From positions 1 through 60,274 of the forward strand of contig CBFFRP010000230.1 of the NCBI GenBank assembly GCA_965644295.1: a stretch of 60,274 nt of DNA, read 5' to 3'. This document shows, piece after piece, positions 26,131 to 39,800 of the stretch. A program made the translations under genes and the position numbers. The notes beneath the pieces are model-generated. The model searched no databases and was not told the origin of the DNA. It saw nothing but the letters and a program-made list of their open reading frames with translations. The DNA comes from Paraphysomonas bandaiensis. Taxonomy: Eukaryota > Protista > Chrysophyceae. Each line of letters opens with the position of its first letter. Within the stretch, counting starts at the first letter, position 1.

Positions 26131-26410
26131 GGTTGCGAAACAGTTAAATGAATTACTAACTAATTTGTCTTTTAAATGTAATTAATTGGCCGGTTTAATC
26201 ATATAGCATCATCAGTGTATAGCTACTGACATCTGACCATAGGTTCAAATAAACAAACCTCATATCCGTTAGTATATAATATATAAGAGCTTGGATGTAT
26301 GATGTTTGTACACATTATCTTCATCATTATTAATCATAGTTGTGTGGCAGCATATTAGAGTTGGTCGTATACATTTTAATCTCAGCATGCAAGAGCAGTA
26401 AATTGAGCAT
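26131..26410 (+). repeat. Dispersed repeat family B, diverged copy
   Basis: ggtttaatcatatagcatc..tagctactga..cttggatgtatg..ctcagcatgcaagag aligns with 30044-30090 plus 30290-30450. Confidence 0.65.
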
Positions 26411-26769
26411 CTCCCCAACGATCGTGGTGATGCACAACATAAGCTAATTTTGGGAACCACCTTACTTTTAGAAACTTGGGAAACCAACATAATAAATACT
26501 TTATACTGTCGTAGACGAGATTCTAGTGTTATAATTTGCTAATTGACTAATTGGCACAATAGTATGGTGGTTTCTCTACGAAGACAAGAAACATTATTTA
26601 CTACCCATGCAGAGAGCGCGGTAAATTTTGTAGTACAAAATACTGCGACCGTATTTACAGGACACTCAACACACTTCATTCAACATCCCCAATCCACAAC
26701 AAGCACAACATAAACAAGAATACACATAGACGCAAACTCTATACTCAGTGGATGGCGTGGTGACTACAC

Positions 26770-27978
26770 CTACTGTTGTGGACTCATTGCAGAGGTCACG
26801 GTGTGCTGTGCAGCTATCGACACACCACCAGATGCCTGCTCATGTGGCACAGAAAAATTGCCCGTTTGTTCCTCTCCATTAACGGTGCAATTTTCTCCCA
26901 TATCAGGTGTGTCTCCAGCAAAATGTGTCTGGCGGGTATGACCAATTGGATGCACGCGACCCCCCGAGAGCATACTGTGCACAAAATCCACAGCCATGGT
27001 ATGTACGTATGAGCTTTCATTTCTGTCATCTCCCCTAGAGCTACTAGAACCCCGCCGAAGAGCGATTCCCCGCAGGGCTCCCCCGACAGTTCCAGCACTC
27101 TCCCCCACATTTTCTGTTCTATCACTTCCATGCGAGGTCTCCAACCAGCTGCTGCCCTGTGCGGGTCTGGTATCATCATTAGCTACACTGGTATCCGCAC
27201 CCGCAGCAGCTTCAAAATCAAGTGGAGTAATTAGGTTATTCAGAGCGCACTCGGGGCTGAACTTCCGGGTTACATTCTCCTGGACATTTCCTGGCTCCAT
27301 ATCTCCTCGCAAAGAGTTCATCTTGCGCTTCATGTCCTCAAAGGAGTCACCTATCCTCATGGGGGAGTTGAATAGATTATTAGGTATATTTCGAGGAGGC
27401 GCATCCCCTTCCGAATAATCTCGCACTGCCTCCGTCGGGCTCACGAGTAGTGGGGTGAATCCTGGAGTGTTGCAATGGGGACAGCTAATTCCAACATAGG
27501 GAGCGCCCGCAAGTGCCTCTCCGAGACTGCTAACCTACAAGTAGAAGTGAAACCACACATACCATACAAAACAAGTACAACACACCTTCTTGTCCCTCTT
27601 CGACAAAAAATCGATAGTGCATTCACCGCATGTGTAGTTTCCGCAACATTTGGTTTTCGTGATGTCGCGGAAAAATGACATACACAGGGGGCAATAGTAC
27701 TTATATACATGCGCCTGGTCTCCAAGCGGAGTATGCGATATTTTAGAATACATATTCTCTTCACGCCTCGGTGTAATCAAATACAGTGGCGGCAACTGCG
27801 AGTGAGCTGAGGTTGGGGATCGTGCTGGCTCCTCTGTCCTTGCAGGCTCCTCTGTCCTTGTAGGCTCCTCTGCCTCGCTGCTCTCAGCAGGTTGATTCTC
27901 ATTCGGAGGTTCATTCGTTTCAGCTTCAATCGCAACTTGATTCTGAGGTTTAGTACGTCGACTTGAACTGGCGCCCAT
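26770..27978 (-). CDS. Sip5/GW2-like RING zinc-finger protein with N-myristoylation motif
   Basis: MGASSS start; CPLC..CC...CGEC..CPHC; one intron near 27535-27585; three 18-nt repeats encoding EEP(T/A)R(T/S). Confidence 0.75.
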
Positions 27979-28643
27979 TGTAAAGAGGGGTGTCAGATGG
28001 TGTAATATATGAGTCACTGACTCGTCTAATCACATCCAGTAAACACAAACGAATTAGATCTCAATCCGCTAGGAGCCGATGCTGTAGATGAGTAATTATT
28101 GCGTCTACAGCTTTGTAGGCCTGGTTAATGAAAGCAGAAGGAAGATCTCTACTCTATTAGTGTTATATGTACCCATGTGTGCTGGAGGTTAAACTGTTGA
28201 TGTATATGTATGTATATGTAGGTATATACAACAGTAGAACGATCATCAGTCCATCGAAAAATACACAGAGCATAATACGTACAACTGTTCGACATTTGGA
28301 GGACTGGGAGGTCAAAATCCCACTATTTTTATAAATGTGGAAATTTAAAACATGACATTTTTACAAATTTTTCTTGGATATAAATCGTTTCTAGAATCGA
28401 TGTAGCCGTATACGGCCAGCATTACATTATCAGAATAAAATTCAGTTTGTCGTTTGAAGATAGAATTCTGTATATTAGTGGGGGTTGTTAGTGGAGGCCA
28501 GTGGAGTCAAGTAGTAATTAAATAACGAGGGTGTGTATAGTCAATTCTAATTACACGAGGTAAACACGAACATCTCAGTCATCACTTGTTTCTTTATCGT
28601 GACGCATTGTATTCTTTGCAGGACCAGATTAATTCTACATAAA

Positions 28644-28912
28644 ATGGGAGCTAAAGCTTTGTCAAACAGCCATCCTAAAAAGATCAATGGATCTAAGGGA
28701 GCTCGCCGCTGCCGCGTGTGTGGTATGTATTGCAGAATTATCTTTTTCTTTTATAACATACGTCTACAGCCAACCAGCTTGCAATCATTAGAAAGTACGG
28801 GCTGATGATGTGCAGACAGTGCTTCAGAGAAAGGGCCACTGATATCGGGTTCGTTAAGGTAAGTCTAGATAAGTGTTTTACTTTGGTTTACCATTATACA
28901 TAGTACAATTAA
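28644..28912 (+). CDS. RPS29: 40S ribosomal protein S29 (uS14), 3 exons
   Basis: [12 protein letters not shown]|[30 protein letters not shown]|YN*. Introns at 28723-28769 and 28859-28903. Confidence 0.97.
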
Positions 28913-29745
28913 CTCCGGTCATGATGTCTTCCCTGGTAAATATGGTCCTCGCTCTGTAATATGATGGCATAATTAAGCAGTTGCATTCAAAAATGTACTC
29001 TCTATGTTCGCCTTTGCTGCCACCTCAGTAACAGTAAACGATGTACATATGCGTGAAAATACCAATAATGCAGTCATTCTCACAGATACGCATGAAGTAT
29101 ATGGAATAACTATGGATATCCTGTAGTTATGTATAATGCGTTACGTGTACTGCCACTGACTTCTGGAGAGTCTCAAAAGCTACATACAAGAGGTCAACTT
29201 AGTTTTCTATATTGTAGTAATTCATATTGAGAATATAATGTTCACCTAGAAATTCATCTGAAAATGAACACTCTCACAGAACGGAAAATCGCAACTATTT
29301 GCTGTTATTTCTTTCAGCACAGAGTAACAATATATTAGGGTCCAACAATATTATTAGTATATTAGTAAGCAGCAAATAAATATATGCGGATAACTCTTTT
29401 TTAGGTAATAGTGTCCTCATTGAATAGCATCCTTTGGTGTGTGTTGAATGTTAAAGATGAATCCAAACTTAACGCGTGCGTGACAGTGTGGGCGACATAT
29501 GAATCATAGAGAGTAGACCTAATATATAATATATAAAGCAATCAAAATAATTTTTGATCCTTCCAAAAATTATATCAGCATTTATAGCACTTCAACAACA
29601 TGAAAAGCCCTATTAATTGAAAAAATAAGCTCACAGAGTACATTTATTATATACTCTCATTTTGCAAGTCACCCTCATCAGCAGTAACATCATTCCGAAT
29701 TACTTGAAGTATGCATGCACCCGGCCATACTTACTTATATTGGAA

Positions 29746-29936
29746 GTCTTATTATTAGCAATAGGCGTTAACAATCAGCACCAGTTTAGTAGCTAGAAGG
29801 AAACTAGTCAAGCTAGAGAGACGTCTACCCGTAACTAACTAGTACAAACCCTATTATCATACTATTTAACGCTACGGAAGCTGCTTGTGCGCTTGTGCGC
29901 TTGTGCGTCGCCGCTGGCACCAAGGTGCAACCACCA
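29746..29936 (+). repeat. Dispersed repeat family A copy with internal (GCTTGTGC)3
   Basis: Aligns with 30097-30285 and ends in the hairpin gcaccaaggtgc. Confidence 0.9.
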
Positions 29937-30450
29937 GGCTTGCGTAACAATTAATTGGCAATTAATTGGTGACAGGTGTCCAACAATAATAACTGCAATT
30001 ATTAATCAAGCATCCTAAACTATTCGATTAGGGTTAGGGTTAGGGTTTAATTATGTAGCATCTTCAGCTGCATAGCTACTGAATCATAGGTCATAGTAGT
30101 GAATGTCTGATTATTTAGCAATAGGCGTTGAGACCTTGCATCAATTAGTGGCTAGAAGAATGCTAGTCATACTAGTTAGACCACTACCCGTAACTAATCA
30201 ATACAAACTCTTTTATCCTACTATTTAACGCTACGAAAGCTGCTTGTGCGTCGCCGCAAGCACCAAGGTGCAACCACTTCCGTTCATCATAGGTCATAGG
30301 TACAATACTATTATCTTCTGTTAGCATATATATTGAAGACTTGGATGTATGTGAACAGCCACTTTATCGTTATTATTCTTAATTGTGCGACAGTATTAGG
30401 TATTAGGGCCAGTGTACACTTTATCCTCAGCAATCAAGAGTATTAAAATG
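29937..30450 (+). repeat. Dispersed repeat family B copy containing (TTAGGG)3 and a nested family A insertion
   Basis: The head tgcgtaacaattaattggcaattaattgg recurs at about 47485. TTAGGG x3 at 30028-30045. Similar to 26131-26410. Confidence 0.65.
30097..30285 (+). mobile_element. Family A copy flanked by a 14-bp direct repeat (putative TSD)
   Basis: ATCATAGGTCATAG occurs at 30083-30096 and 30286-30299. Confidence 0.7.
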
Positions 30451-30837
30451 TCAAAAGTCTTTAGCAAGTGTATCTGGTGCAACTAGCTAGTGATGAATGA
30501 ACTATCTTCTTCTTTCACTCACCCTACGTGCTCCATTTAAACATCATCATATATGGTCATTATTCTAACTGTGTAAACGGTGTTTCCTGAGATTACTGTA
30601 ATTTACCCATATTGAACAGGTATGTATACACAATACACAAGTAGTTCAAATTAAACACATTATACTTATTTACCTACGGGTTCGAACTTTACTTGACACT
30701 ATGCATTGTGATCCTACCATATTTCGTTGCTATCAGAAGACAAACATACTTCACGGTGACAAAACAACATATCAGGAAAAGTCACATCAATGAACAAGAT
30801 TTGCATTTGCAAGACTACTATTCCTCCAACTATTATC

Positions 30838-33800
30838 TTACGTCTCGACCTTCCCACGAAGATATATAATCCATGGTGGGATTTCAGATTTCGAATCACA
30901 CCGAATAAACAGTTTCGCTGTGATAAAATCTTGAGCTGATGTAGAAGCAGTGTTCACTTCATCAGTTATATACTGGAATTCGACACCACATACTCCATCC
31001 GATTTCGCAGGTACAGAAGCTGTAGCGGCAGATGTCTTGAAATGTGGTGAGTCCACAACGAAACTCCATTGGCAGGTTTCATTGAAGCAATTTCTGAATG
31101 GAATGTCTTGTGCAGATCCTTGATTGAAATTGTAGGGGCCCAATGGCATGGGTGGCACACATCTCCCAACAAGCTCACATTCATACAAGCCACCCTCAGG
31201 GGATGTTACAGTTAAAATGTCGTGTGTGGTACCGATATCTGCAGGCTCAAAGGTCACACCTAGTCGCGCATCTTCACCATCCCACTGCGTAACTGCGGGT
31301 ACAGCCAGTGCTTTGTTGACATTGAAAAAGGTTGGCTTCCTCACAGAACAATTGTACGTTGTTTGATCATGGTTATATGTTTTGAACAAAAATGTTTCGG
31401 TTTGAATATTCCCAAGTGGAACCTCAAAATGTAGTGTTTGCCTTACAGACGACGGAGTCGCCGTAACTATTACCTTATATTTGAAAGTCCCAAGTTCTTT
31501 CGTCATTATTGTTACTAAGTGCTCTTCTGGCTTATTGGTGGGTGTAAGTGGGCGATATTCCAATTCGAAGCTGCCTTCTGGATTTCCGGATATAGAAACG
31601 AGTTGTTTAACTCGAATGCACTTGGAATCACACGACCACCAGTCGTCAGGATTCGAACCTGTACCCATTTGAACATCACACTCATGTTGAAGGGGGTTTT
31701 CAATTGTAATTAAGTGCTTTGCACTCTGTCGAACAGATGATTCCATAACAATATCTTCCAAAATTTCAGCCGACGTAGCTTTGGCAACAACATCGTAAAA
31801 AAAGTATTCGCCTGTGCTTCGATTTGTGAACGTAACCGTCGCTTTCGTGGTTCCTTCCACATATGCATTGAATCTGACTTGGAAATCTTTGACGCCATGA
31901 GGCGCCACTTCAACAGCGTTAGCAGCAATGAAAAAGGTCGCGGGTGAAGGTCGCTCTAGTGTGTCGATATCAATGTGGAACTTCTGGGTTTCTGATAGCC
32001 AGTTGCTCATCTTCAGAGGAATCATACAATGTTTCTTTGCAGACGTCTCTACAGTTACGGTTCCACAAGACTCTGGCAGTCCTGAAAAGCCACGCAATTT
32101 ATAAAGTTGTGCGGTCCCATCGGGTAAGGCCATGAACAGTTGTCCTTGTAAACCGCTCTCATCAGTTATGTCGTCCTCAGACTCCGGCTTTTCGCACATA
32201 ACAAGAGGGAAATATGTTATCACAAGATCCGCAGAACCCTTCGGTGGAACCTTAATCTCATTGGGAACACTCCAATGAATTCCACTGATAGAAGGAGAAA
32301 TAAACCAGTCTTTATCAGTTGGATTGCGAAGATTCACTTCTTTTCTCTGTTCTTTACGAACCAATGACTCAAAGTTAAGGAGAACAATACTGTCATCGGG
32401 TTGAGGAACACACACGCCAGAACAAGTTAGAGTGAGAGGCGACATACCCGGAATCGATAACATTATATTTTCTTGGCGAATATCTGCGTCCACAAACTTT
32501 GGTTCAAATATGACATCGAAGTTTACTTCATTTCCAGGAGCAAGTTTACCGAAAAGAGGTGAAATGCTAAAATGAGGCCCAAATGACGACTCTACCCACC
32601 TAAACGTTAGAGACAAGTCGCCAGAATTTTCCAAGCTAAGCTTTTTCATTTTACGCGAACCATCAACGACAACCCCAAATGGTAAAGAATCAGTGTCCAA
32701 TGATACCTCAGCACCCTGGGCTTTTCCGAACACTGTCAATAACTTCCTGGTGATACCGGCATACCGAATCATTAACTCCTCCGTAAACTGCGGAATACGA
32801 CGATTGGGTGAGAATATTAACTGAATAGTAGCTTTGTCACGAGGCTGAATAATAAATTCATTTCGCGGGTTGTATACGACACAGCAGTCCCCTAATGCGC
32901 TTCCACCATACTGTGCATCATCTTCACATAGTTGGACAGGAAGAGCACGAACTGATTTGTTCACAAGGGTGATCGTTTTCACATTGTCGCTGCCAACATC
33001 AACGAGTCCAAAGTTGGTTCGCCGCTGTGCAGCATTAACAAGTTCAAGGCGTGGTAATATTCCTTGACCAACGACATTCACATTGACCTTACCAGTTCCG
33101 TTGATGACAAATGGAATCACAAACGCGTATTCTTTAACGTCGCGAGGAGCAAACCTGATGGGAACATCAACTCCCCCACCAGGTTCTAATACAACCGGAT
33201 GACATTCGGCCCATAATGCACGTGTCTTTTGAAAACTACAGTCCACAGCGATATTGTTAACCGGGTCGTGATTGACAATACGGAGAACAGTCTCCTCAAT
33301 CACCGTGTTTCCACCAGGTGATGTAATAAAGCATGACCCAAAATCGTAATGCATAAAACTAAAGCGAACAGCTGGCTGAACGCCACTTCCTTTGACAATA
33401 ATATTATACACGAACTTTCCAGCCACGGTGAAAGTCATCACTGCACCATCAATATTCATTTCCTTCTCAGGAGCGAAAGTTATTCCATATTCCATTTTCA
33501 CGCCTTTCTGCAAAGTGCCACCATACTTTCCACCGGATAAGGATAAGTTCGATGTCGTCATAACATCAACATCGGTATCCCATTGGTAATCGAAATTATA
33601 CTTTCCATTATTCGTAACAATAAATGTTTTGGTAATACTGTCTAAGACTTGCACTGCACCAAAGTCAGCATAGTTGACATGAGGTGCAGGTTTCAGTGTA
33701 ATGTAATGGTCCGTTACCCCTGATACAACCTCTCCAGAATGTTCCAATTGAATTAACGGATGAACCGCATATCCTTCACCTTTAATATTGACGGAAAGTT

Positions 33801-36800
33801 TATTCGGCTTTCTTCTGATCTCACAAGATACGTTGAGGTTATAATGAATTTCTTCTTGAGGTCGAAAAAGCAATTCCACAGGAAACTTGGAGTTGGGCGG
33901 AACTGTTCCAGTACGGGGAAGAATACTTAAAATAGGACCGGAAGGGCCTTCTAGGTTTTGAAGCGCGACCTTGTCGAATGCAAAGGAAAAAGGGATACTC
34001 TCCTTGTTTTCAATATACAACGTCTCTGTTGTACCTTCTCCCTCCAACACAACAGAATGAAAATCAACTTTCGAAGTTGACAAAGTAACACGAGGCTCAG
34101 AAACTTTCCCAGCAAATAAAAACACTTGGCTGACACCTACAGTTGGAAGACTAAATTTATAAAAAGACTCTGCTGGAGCATCTTCTTCAGGTGAAAATTC
34201 AAATATCATTTCAGTTGACTTTCCTGCGAAAAGCATTCCAGCACCAAGTGCGCAGCGCCAAAAGGGAGAAGGATCACCCATAGAATCCCATTTAAACTCA
34301 TAATTATCATTGGTCGGGTTAACGACAGAAAAACGAAATGCATTGCGAACCCTTAAACCAGTTGATTCTACTTCCACTACCCTCATATCGGTGGCTTCAA
34401 TGGGGGCATATAAGCCCACTTCATTTTTCATCCCTGGAGGACGACGGAGGAGATAATCCGGACTCTCAGTAATATTAAAATGGCACACTGGTCTCTTGGC
34501 TTCTCCTTTGACGAAAAGTCTAAGGGGAGCGACCAAGTTGTCAGAAGTGCTGTCATTATTCTCAGTGTCAGGTGGCACGCTCGGGACAGTGTCGCCATGA
34601 AAGATGTACATAAAGTCATCAACTTCAAGGGGACTGAACCGAATCGTAAACTCCTGTTCCGTATTGGGAGGGACAACACAAGTATCAGGACTGATAGTAA
34701 AAGGGTTCGGAACACTCTGAGACCTTGTTGATGATGTTCCCATTCTGACCATTGATCGCGAAGATGAGGTCCCACCGCGTGTTCCTCTTCTCTTCGCAGA
34801 CTCCATATGCCACGATACAGGCATGTCAATCATGGACTCATTCTTGAATGTAAACTTATAAGACGTACTTTGGAATAGAAAAGTCGGCTTGAATTGGATG
34901 TTTTGACCAGCAGCACTGCATGAGTACTTGGCAGCATCAGCAGAACACTTGCAATGCATCTGAATCGTTTGGGTATCTTTTTCTTCTAAAACTTCATAGT
35001 AGGGTTCACGTACAGTTTCCTGAACCATTTTAGTTCCATCTTCAAGATCACCGACCTGCTTTAGGCCACAAGTCTCTGGTGGGGGACCAACAGCCTTTCC
35101 CTTCTTGCCCTTTTTGGCTTCGGCCTCGACTTTGGCCTCGTAAGCAGCAAGGGCATCTTCCTCGTCCTTAATTTTTTTGAGGTCGTCATCAGTTGCAGGT
35201 CGGATTGACACCATTGAGTCATCCCAAATATTACGAAGTTCAAGTTCCTGATCACCAACGACTGCTACTTTTTCTTCAGAATCATCAGGTTCGTCAGCTA
35301 CAACTTCTCGGGTTTTATATTCGATAGGCTGCAGAGAGCACGACAGCACTCCTGACTCAATTGTAGTTGGGGTATCCGCGGAGAACGACACAAGTATTTC
35401 TTTGGTCCCTTGTGGCCCTAAATGTCCCACAGAGGGTTTACAACTGAACACTTTCGGCAGGTTTTCATCAGGAGTAAATTTAAATTTAATAGGATGATCT
35501 GAGCGAGATCGTAACAAAATCGTCTCTGACGTTGATCCCGGCCCTTGTGACAGATTAATATGTGCAAATTTGATCTCTTCTTGTGATATATCATCACCAG
35601 AAGTTTCAATAATTGCATCACATGAATATGCAGTACCATTTAACTTCAAAAAATACTTGTCATAAGGGTTGTTTAGAACAGATATTTTGACTTGAGATGA
35701 CATCACTTCTTCCGTACCATTGGCAACATCCTTTGGAGCGAAGCTCACAGAGAGTTCACGCTTTTCTCCTGCGTTTAGAGTTAGACTCGAGTCTTTACTG
35801 GGAAAATTAAAACACGAGCCAGGAGGCATGTCGAACAGGCAAGTTGATGTCATAACACCATCGTTGCGAAGAATAAATGATTTCGTAGATACGCGATCAG
35901 AATGTACACGATTGAAGTCAATTACAAGATTTCCATCGGAATCCCTCTCTGTTGGTTGCTCTACGGCAATACAGGGCATTGTCCCAGATCCCCCGAGATC
36001 AAAGGACAACTTTTTGTCCGACTTTGAGCCCTCAACAGAATTGGAAGTAGTACCAGCAGCTGCATCGGTATTATCATCTTCAACTGAAGCTACAAACACT
36101 GATCTATAAGATTTGATTTCTGTTGGATTAAAGTGAATGTTGACATAGCGATGCTCATGCGGCGGAATTTCCCAAACTTCAGGCTGAACAGTGAACACAG
36201 AAGGCACAGTTGGAGAAGGCTCCGCGACTGATCCTTTTTTACCTTTCGGATCTTTCTTCGGTGGAGCTTTACCTCCCTTTTTATCTTTCCCATCTCCCCC
36301 AGCACCAGACGCTTCTAGCACTTCATTCGCAGATGTGATGTTAAAGGACACTTTCACATCGATCTTAGTTGGATTGGTTATTCTTATTCGTTCGACACTT
36401 CCAGACCGTCCACCAGGAACACAGCACATCACAGGTCCAAATGCAAGCATTTTCTCGACAACAGAGTACACTACCTTACCAATCCCGATATTCTCCACCT
36501 TCACTGCTGCCCCTTCTTCGGATCCGGTATTTATTTCATCCAGTGAGTGCACAACCTGTTGCTCTTCAAAAATGCTGTGGATATCATCTGTAACAATGGC
36601 TGGAGTGCAACTTTCTCCAACCACTTCGAACGACCGGGCCCATTGGGAAGGCGCATCCGCTGGGTTGACACCAGAGACACATACACGCAATCGCTCTCGA
36701 ACAGTTTTACATCCAGCTGGATTAAACATTATATCAATCCCTGCACATTCACCAGGTTGCAAGACGCCTACGCGTGGGGACGCAGAAAATGATCCGATTT

Positions 36801-39800
36801 CAAGAGGATTCTCAGGAATAGCAACCTCCTGAAGTTCGTCAGGATCGAACACGACTGGCTTGTTTGCACTGTCGTCTGCAGGTGCGCTCTTGCCACCTTT
36901 AGCTGGAGGTGCTTTTTTCTTATCGTCTTTCTTCGCAGTCTTTCCAGCTGCTGCACTTTTGCTTGCATCCTGAATGCGTGATATGTAATTTTCTCCCAAC
37001 TCTTTAGTTCTTCTGGCTGGGGGAGTCGCATACGCATAACATGCCAATGTTTGCGCATCGAACATATCAATCTCATCTATTTCAGCCATAGCACCACAAA
37101 CAACGTACGTGAACTCGAAAGCACCTTCATTTCTCAACTCAATGCGCTTTGTTTTAACATCTGAATCAAATCGCATTGCGCCAAAAGATATTCCTTTCGC
37201 GGGCTGCATGCGGAACTTGTTGAATACGGCCTTCGCAGTCAACAACAAGTTAAATTCTTCAACTTGTTCACCAGTAAGAGGTTCTGATATTAAAACACGG
37301 ATATCTTTATTCCCCTTGAAGTTGACCTCTGCATCCGGAGAGCAAAATGTAACTGCTATTTCCACCTCAGCATTGGGCTCAATTTCTCCCTCGCTGGGTA
37401 CAATTTTTAGCAAAGATGCAGTTCCTGGCTTTCTCACATTGAATTTAAAGCCAATTTTGTACTTTCCGCGGTTACCCATTTTCAACTTTTTCGTGACGTA
37501 GTCTCCAACTCGTATCTTGCCCATGTCAATTTCATTTCCACCTTCTTGTTCTCCAAGCGCGGTCAAACTAACAGCCTTGATGTTGTAAGCCTCAGCTTGT
37601 ACACCAAGACCAAAACTCTTCACTCGATTATCAGATTGTAAGCCACCTTCATGATCAGAATACCTAAGTGTAAAGTTTCCAGTGCAAATCATAGGGTCGC
37701 GAGAAAAAAACGAAACAGATATATTGCATGATGTGCCAGGGTTCACTATTCCTGACAGAGGAGATATCGTGACATTAGATGAATCTTTGAAATCACCGGC
37801 GTCAATTTCCCAGGCCACAGGAAGCAGACACGTGTTCTTCATGGTAAACATTCGTAAGTCAGTTCGTTCAATGAGAATTCGATCAAAATCAACAATCAAA
37901 GAACTTTTCATCTGTTCGTACTTGCTTTCCATTTCCTTAATTAGTTTAGCATCTGGCTTCGCTTCTGCTTTCTTCTCAGCGATCTCCGCTTCGAACTTCA
38001 ACATCGCCTCTTCCCATGGCCCAGAGAGTTCGACAGATGGCTCCACCCCCCAACAACTTAACTCGTAGGCTACTGGCTGTGGATTATTAGAAATACAGGC
38101 AACGAGAGTCTTCCTGTATTCGATTGCATCTTTTGGGAAAGCCCAAATCTTTATATCCCGTGTTTCCCCTTCCTCTAACTCCAACGTTGATGGTTCGACG
38201 TAAAACGTTTGGATTTCTTCCTCTTCTATGCCTGTCATATCAAAGCCCATGTCAACGGTGCACTTGTACCGCCCATTGTTACAAATTCGTATAACATCCA
38301 TGTTCGTCGAGCTCACAGAGTTATAATTATCTTCTGGCTCTCCTTCAGCGGGTACTATTCTCCATTCCGGTTCTTTGAATCTGAGTAATGGTCCGAACGA
38401 ATAAAAATCGTCTGATGATATATACCTTTTCTGTGGAGGTGGTTGTCCCCCAATGAGCCCCTTCACTCGCCTCATAAACACACTACGAGAGTCGCTCTGA
38501 ATGTGAGGGACCTCACATATGCCGGTCGCAAACAGAGTGTACGTCTGGTGAGTACCCACTATTTCAAATGACAGCGCTGCATCATTGCGACCTTCTACTT
38601 CAGATTTATAATGCAGCTTGAACTGCATAGATGACTTTCCTTCAATAACCCAACGAAAAACTTGGGCTGATTCTGCACTTGAGTTAGGTTCAGGAGTATC
38701 TGAGGCATCATCACATGAGGAGCTATTTCCGTCATACGGAATTATTCTAAAGTTCGGAACAGGTTTTCTCTCCAATCGTGGATATGGTTTTCGGAATATT
38801 TGGTTAGTTTTAGGCGGTGGAAGGGCATCCTTATCTGGTGGCGGCACGAGAGGAGCTGGAAGCAGTGCTTTCATTACTGAAAAGACGGCATCTGCATCAC
38901 TATCTTCCTCGCACTCAATCTGAATGATATTGCTTGGAATATTAGGCATGTTATCATCCTTCTGCTCCCCATCACTCTCCGGTGTCGGTGCGCTTCCCAC
39001 GGATTCTCCATCAGGAACTTCTGACGATGGTGAAAACGATGACACCAATGCCGTGCAAACCTTTGATATGTACGTATCATAGTACATGACATTATCGTCC
39101 GGCTTGTTGAGCTGGTCTTCATCCTTTTCCTCAGTTTCATTCTCTTCACTTGAATTCGGACGTTTAAGCTCGGCACTTGCCTCGTCCCACACAGTGCCGA
39201 GTCGTTCCAGTACTGCTTCAGCTGACGCTAGTCGTTGTATGCGCTGATATTTAATCTGCTTCAAGTATACTTCTTTCTGATCGTTCTCCAGAGATTTGAA
39301 TTCGTCGTCACTCAATTCCATAACCATATTAGTGTTAGCATCGACCCAAGTCTCGTCCCCAACAGGAAGGCAAACTTCAACTGACTCATCAAGTTCCGCA
39401 ACTTCTTCCACAGCAATATTACTATGTGAAGTTCGCCTAGCACTCTCAGGCTTAATTGATTCACGACGGCCACTATTTACTTCCGCAGCCATTGCAGAAC
39501 CGCGTCTAGCACTGCCACGAGAACTTTTGATTTTCTCAGCTTCTTTCGCTCTTTCGAGTTTAGCAGCCTCCTCAAGTTTCACCTTGATATCATCAACTTC
39601 ATCCGTTTTTGCGTCATGCAACGAGGCCAGTCTAGCACAGTATCCAGCTTCTCCTCCCGATATTACAATTTGAGATACCACAATATTCGGAAAAGCTTTC
39701 GCGACACCAGCAATAACAGTTGTTGGGTTAGCAAACTTGGAAGATACTCCATCCAAAACTATCCCATATCCACATCCAGCATATTTGACGCGCTCTTGCA

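Noticed and set aside
29727-29745. ATACTTAC resembling the U1 snRNA 5' end
   Set aside because: It does not continue as CTGG, and no U1 stem-loops or Sm site follow.
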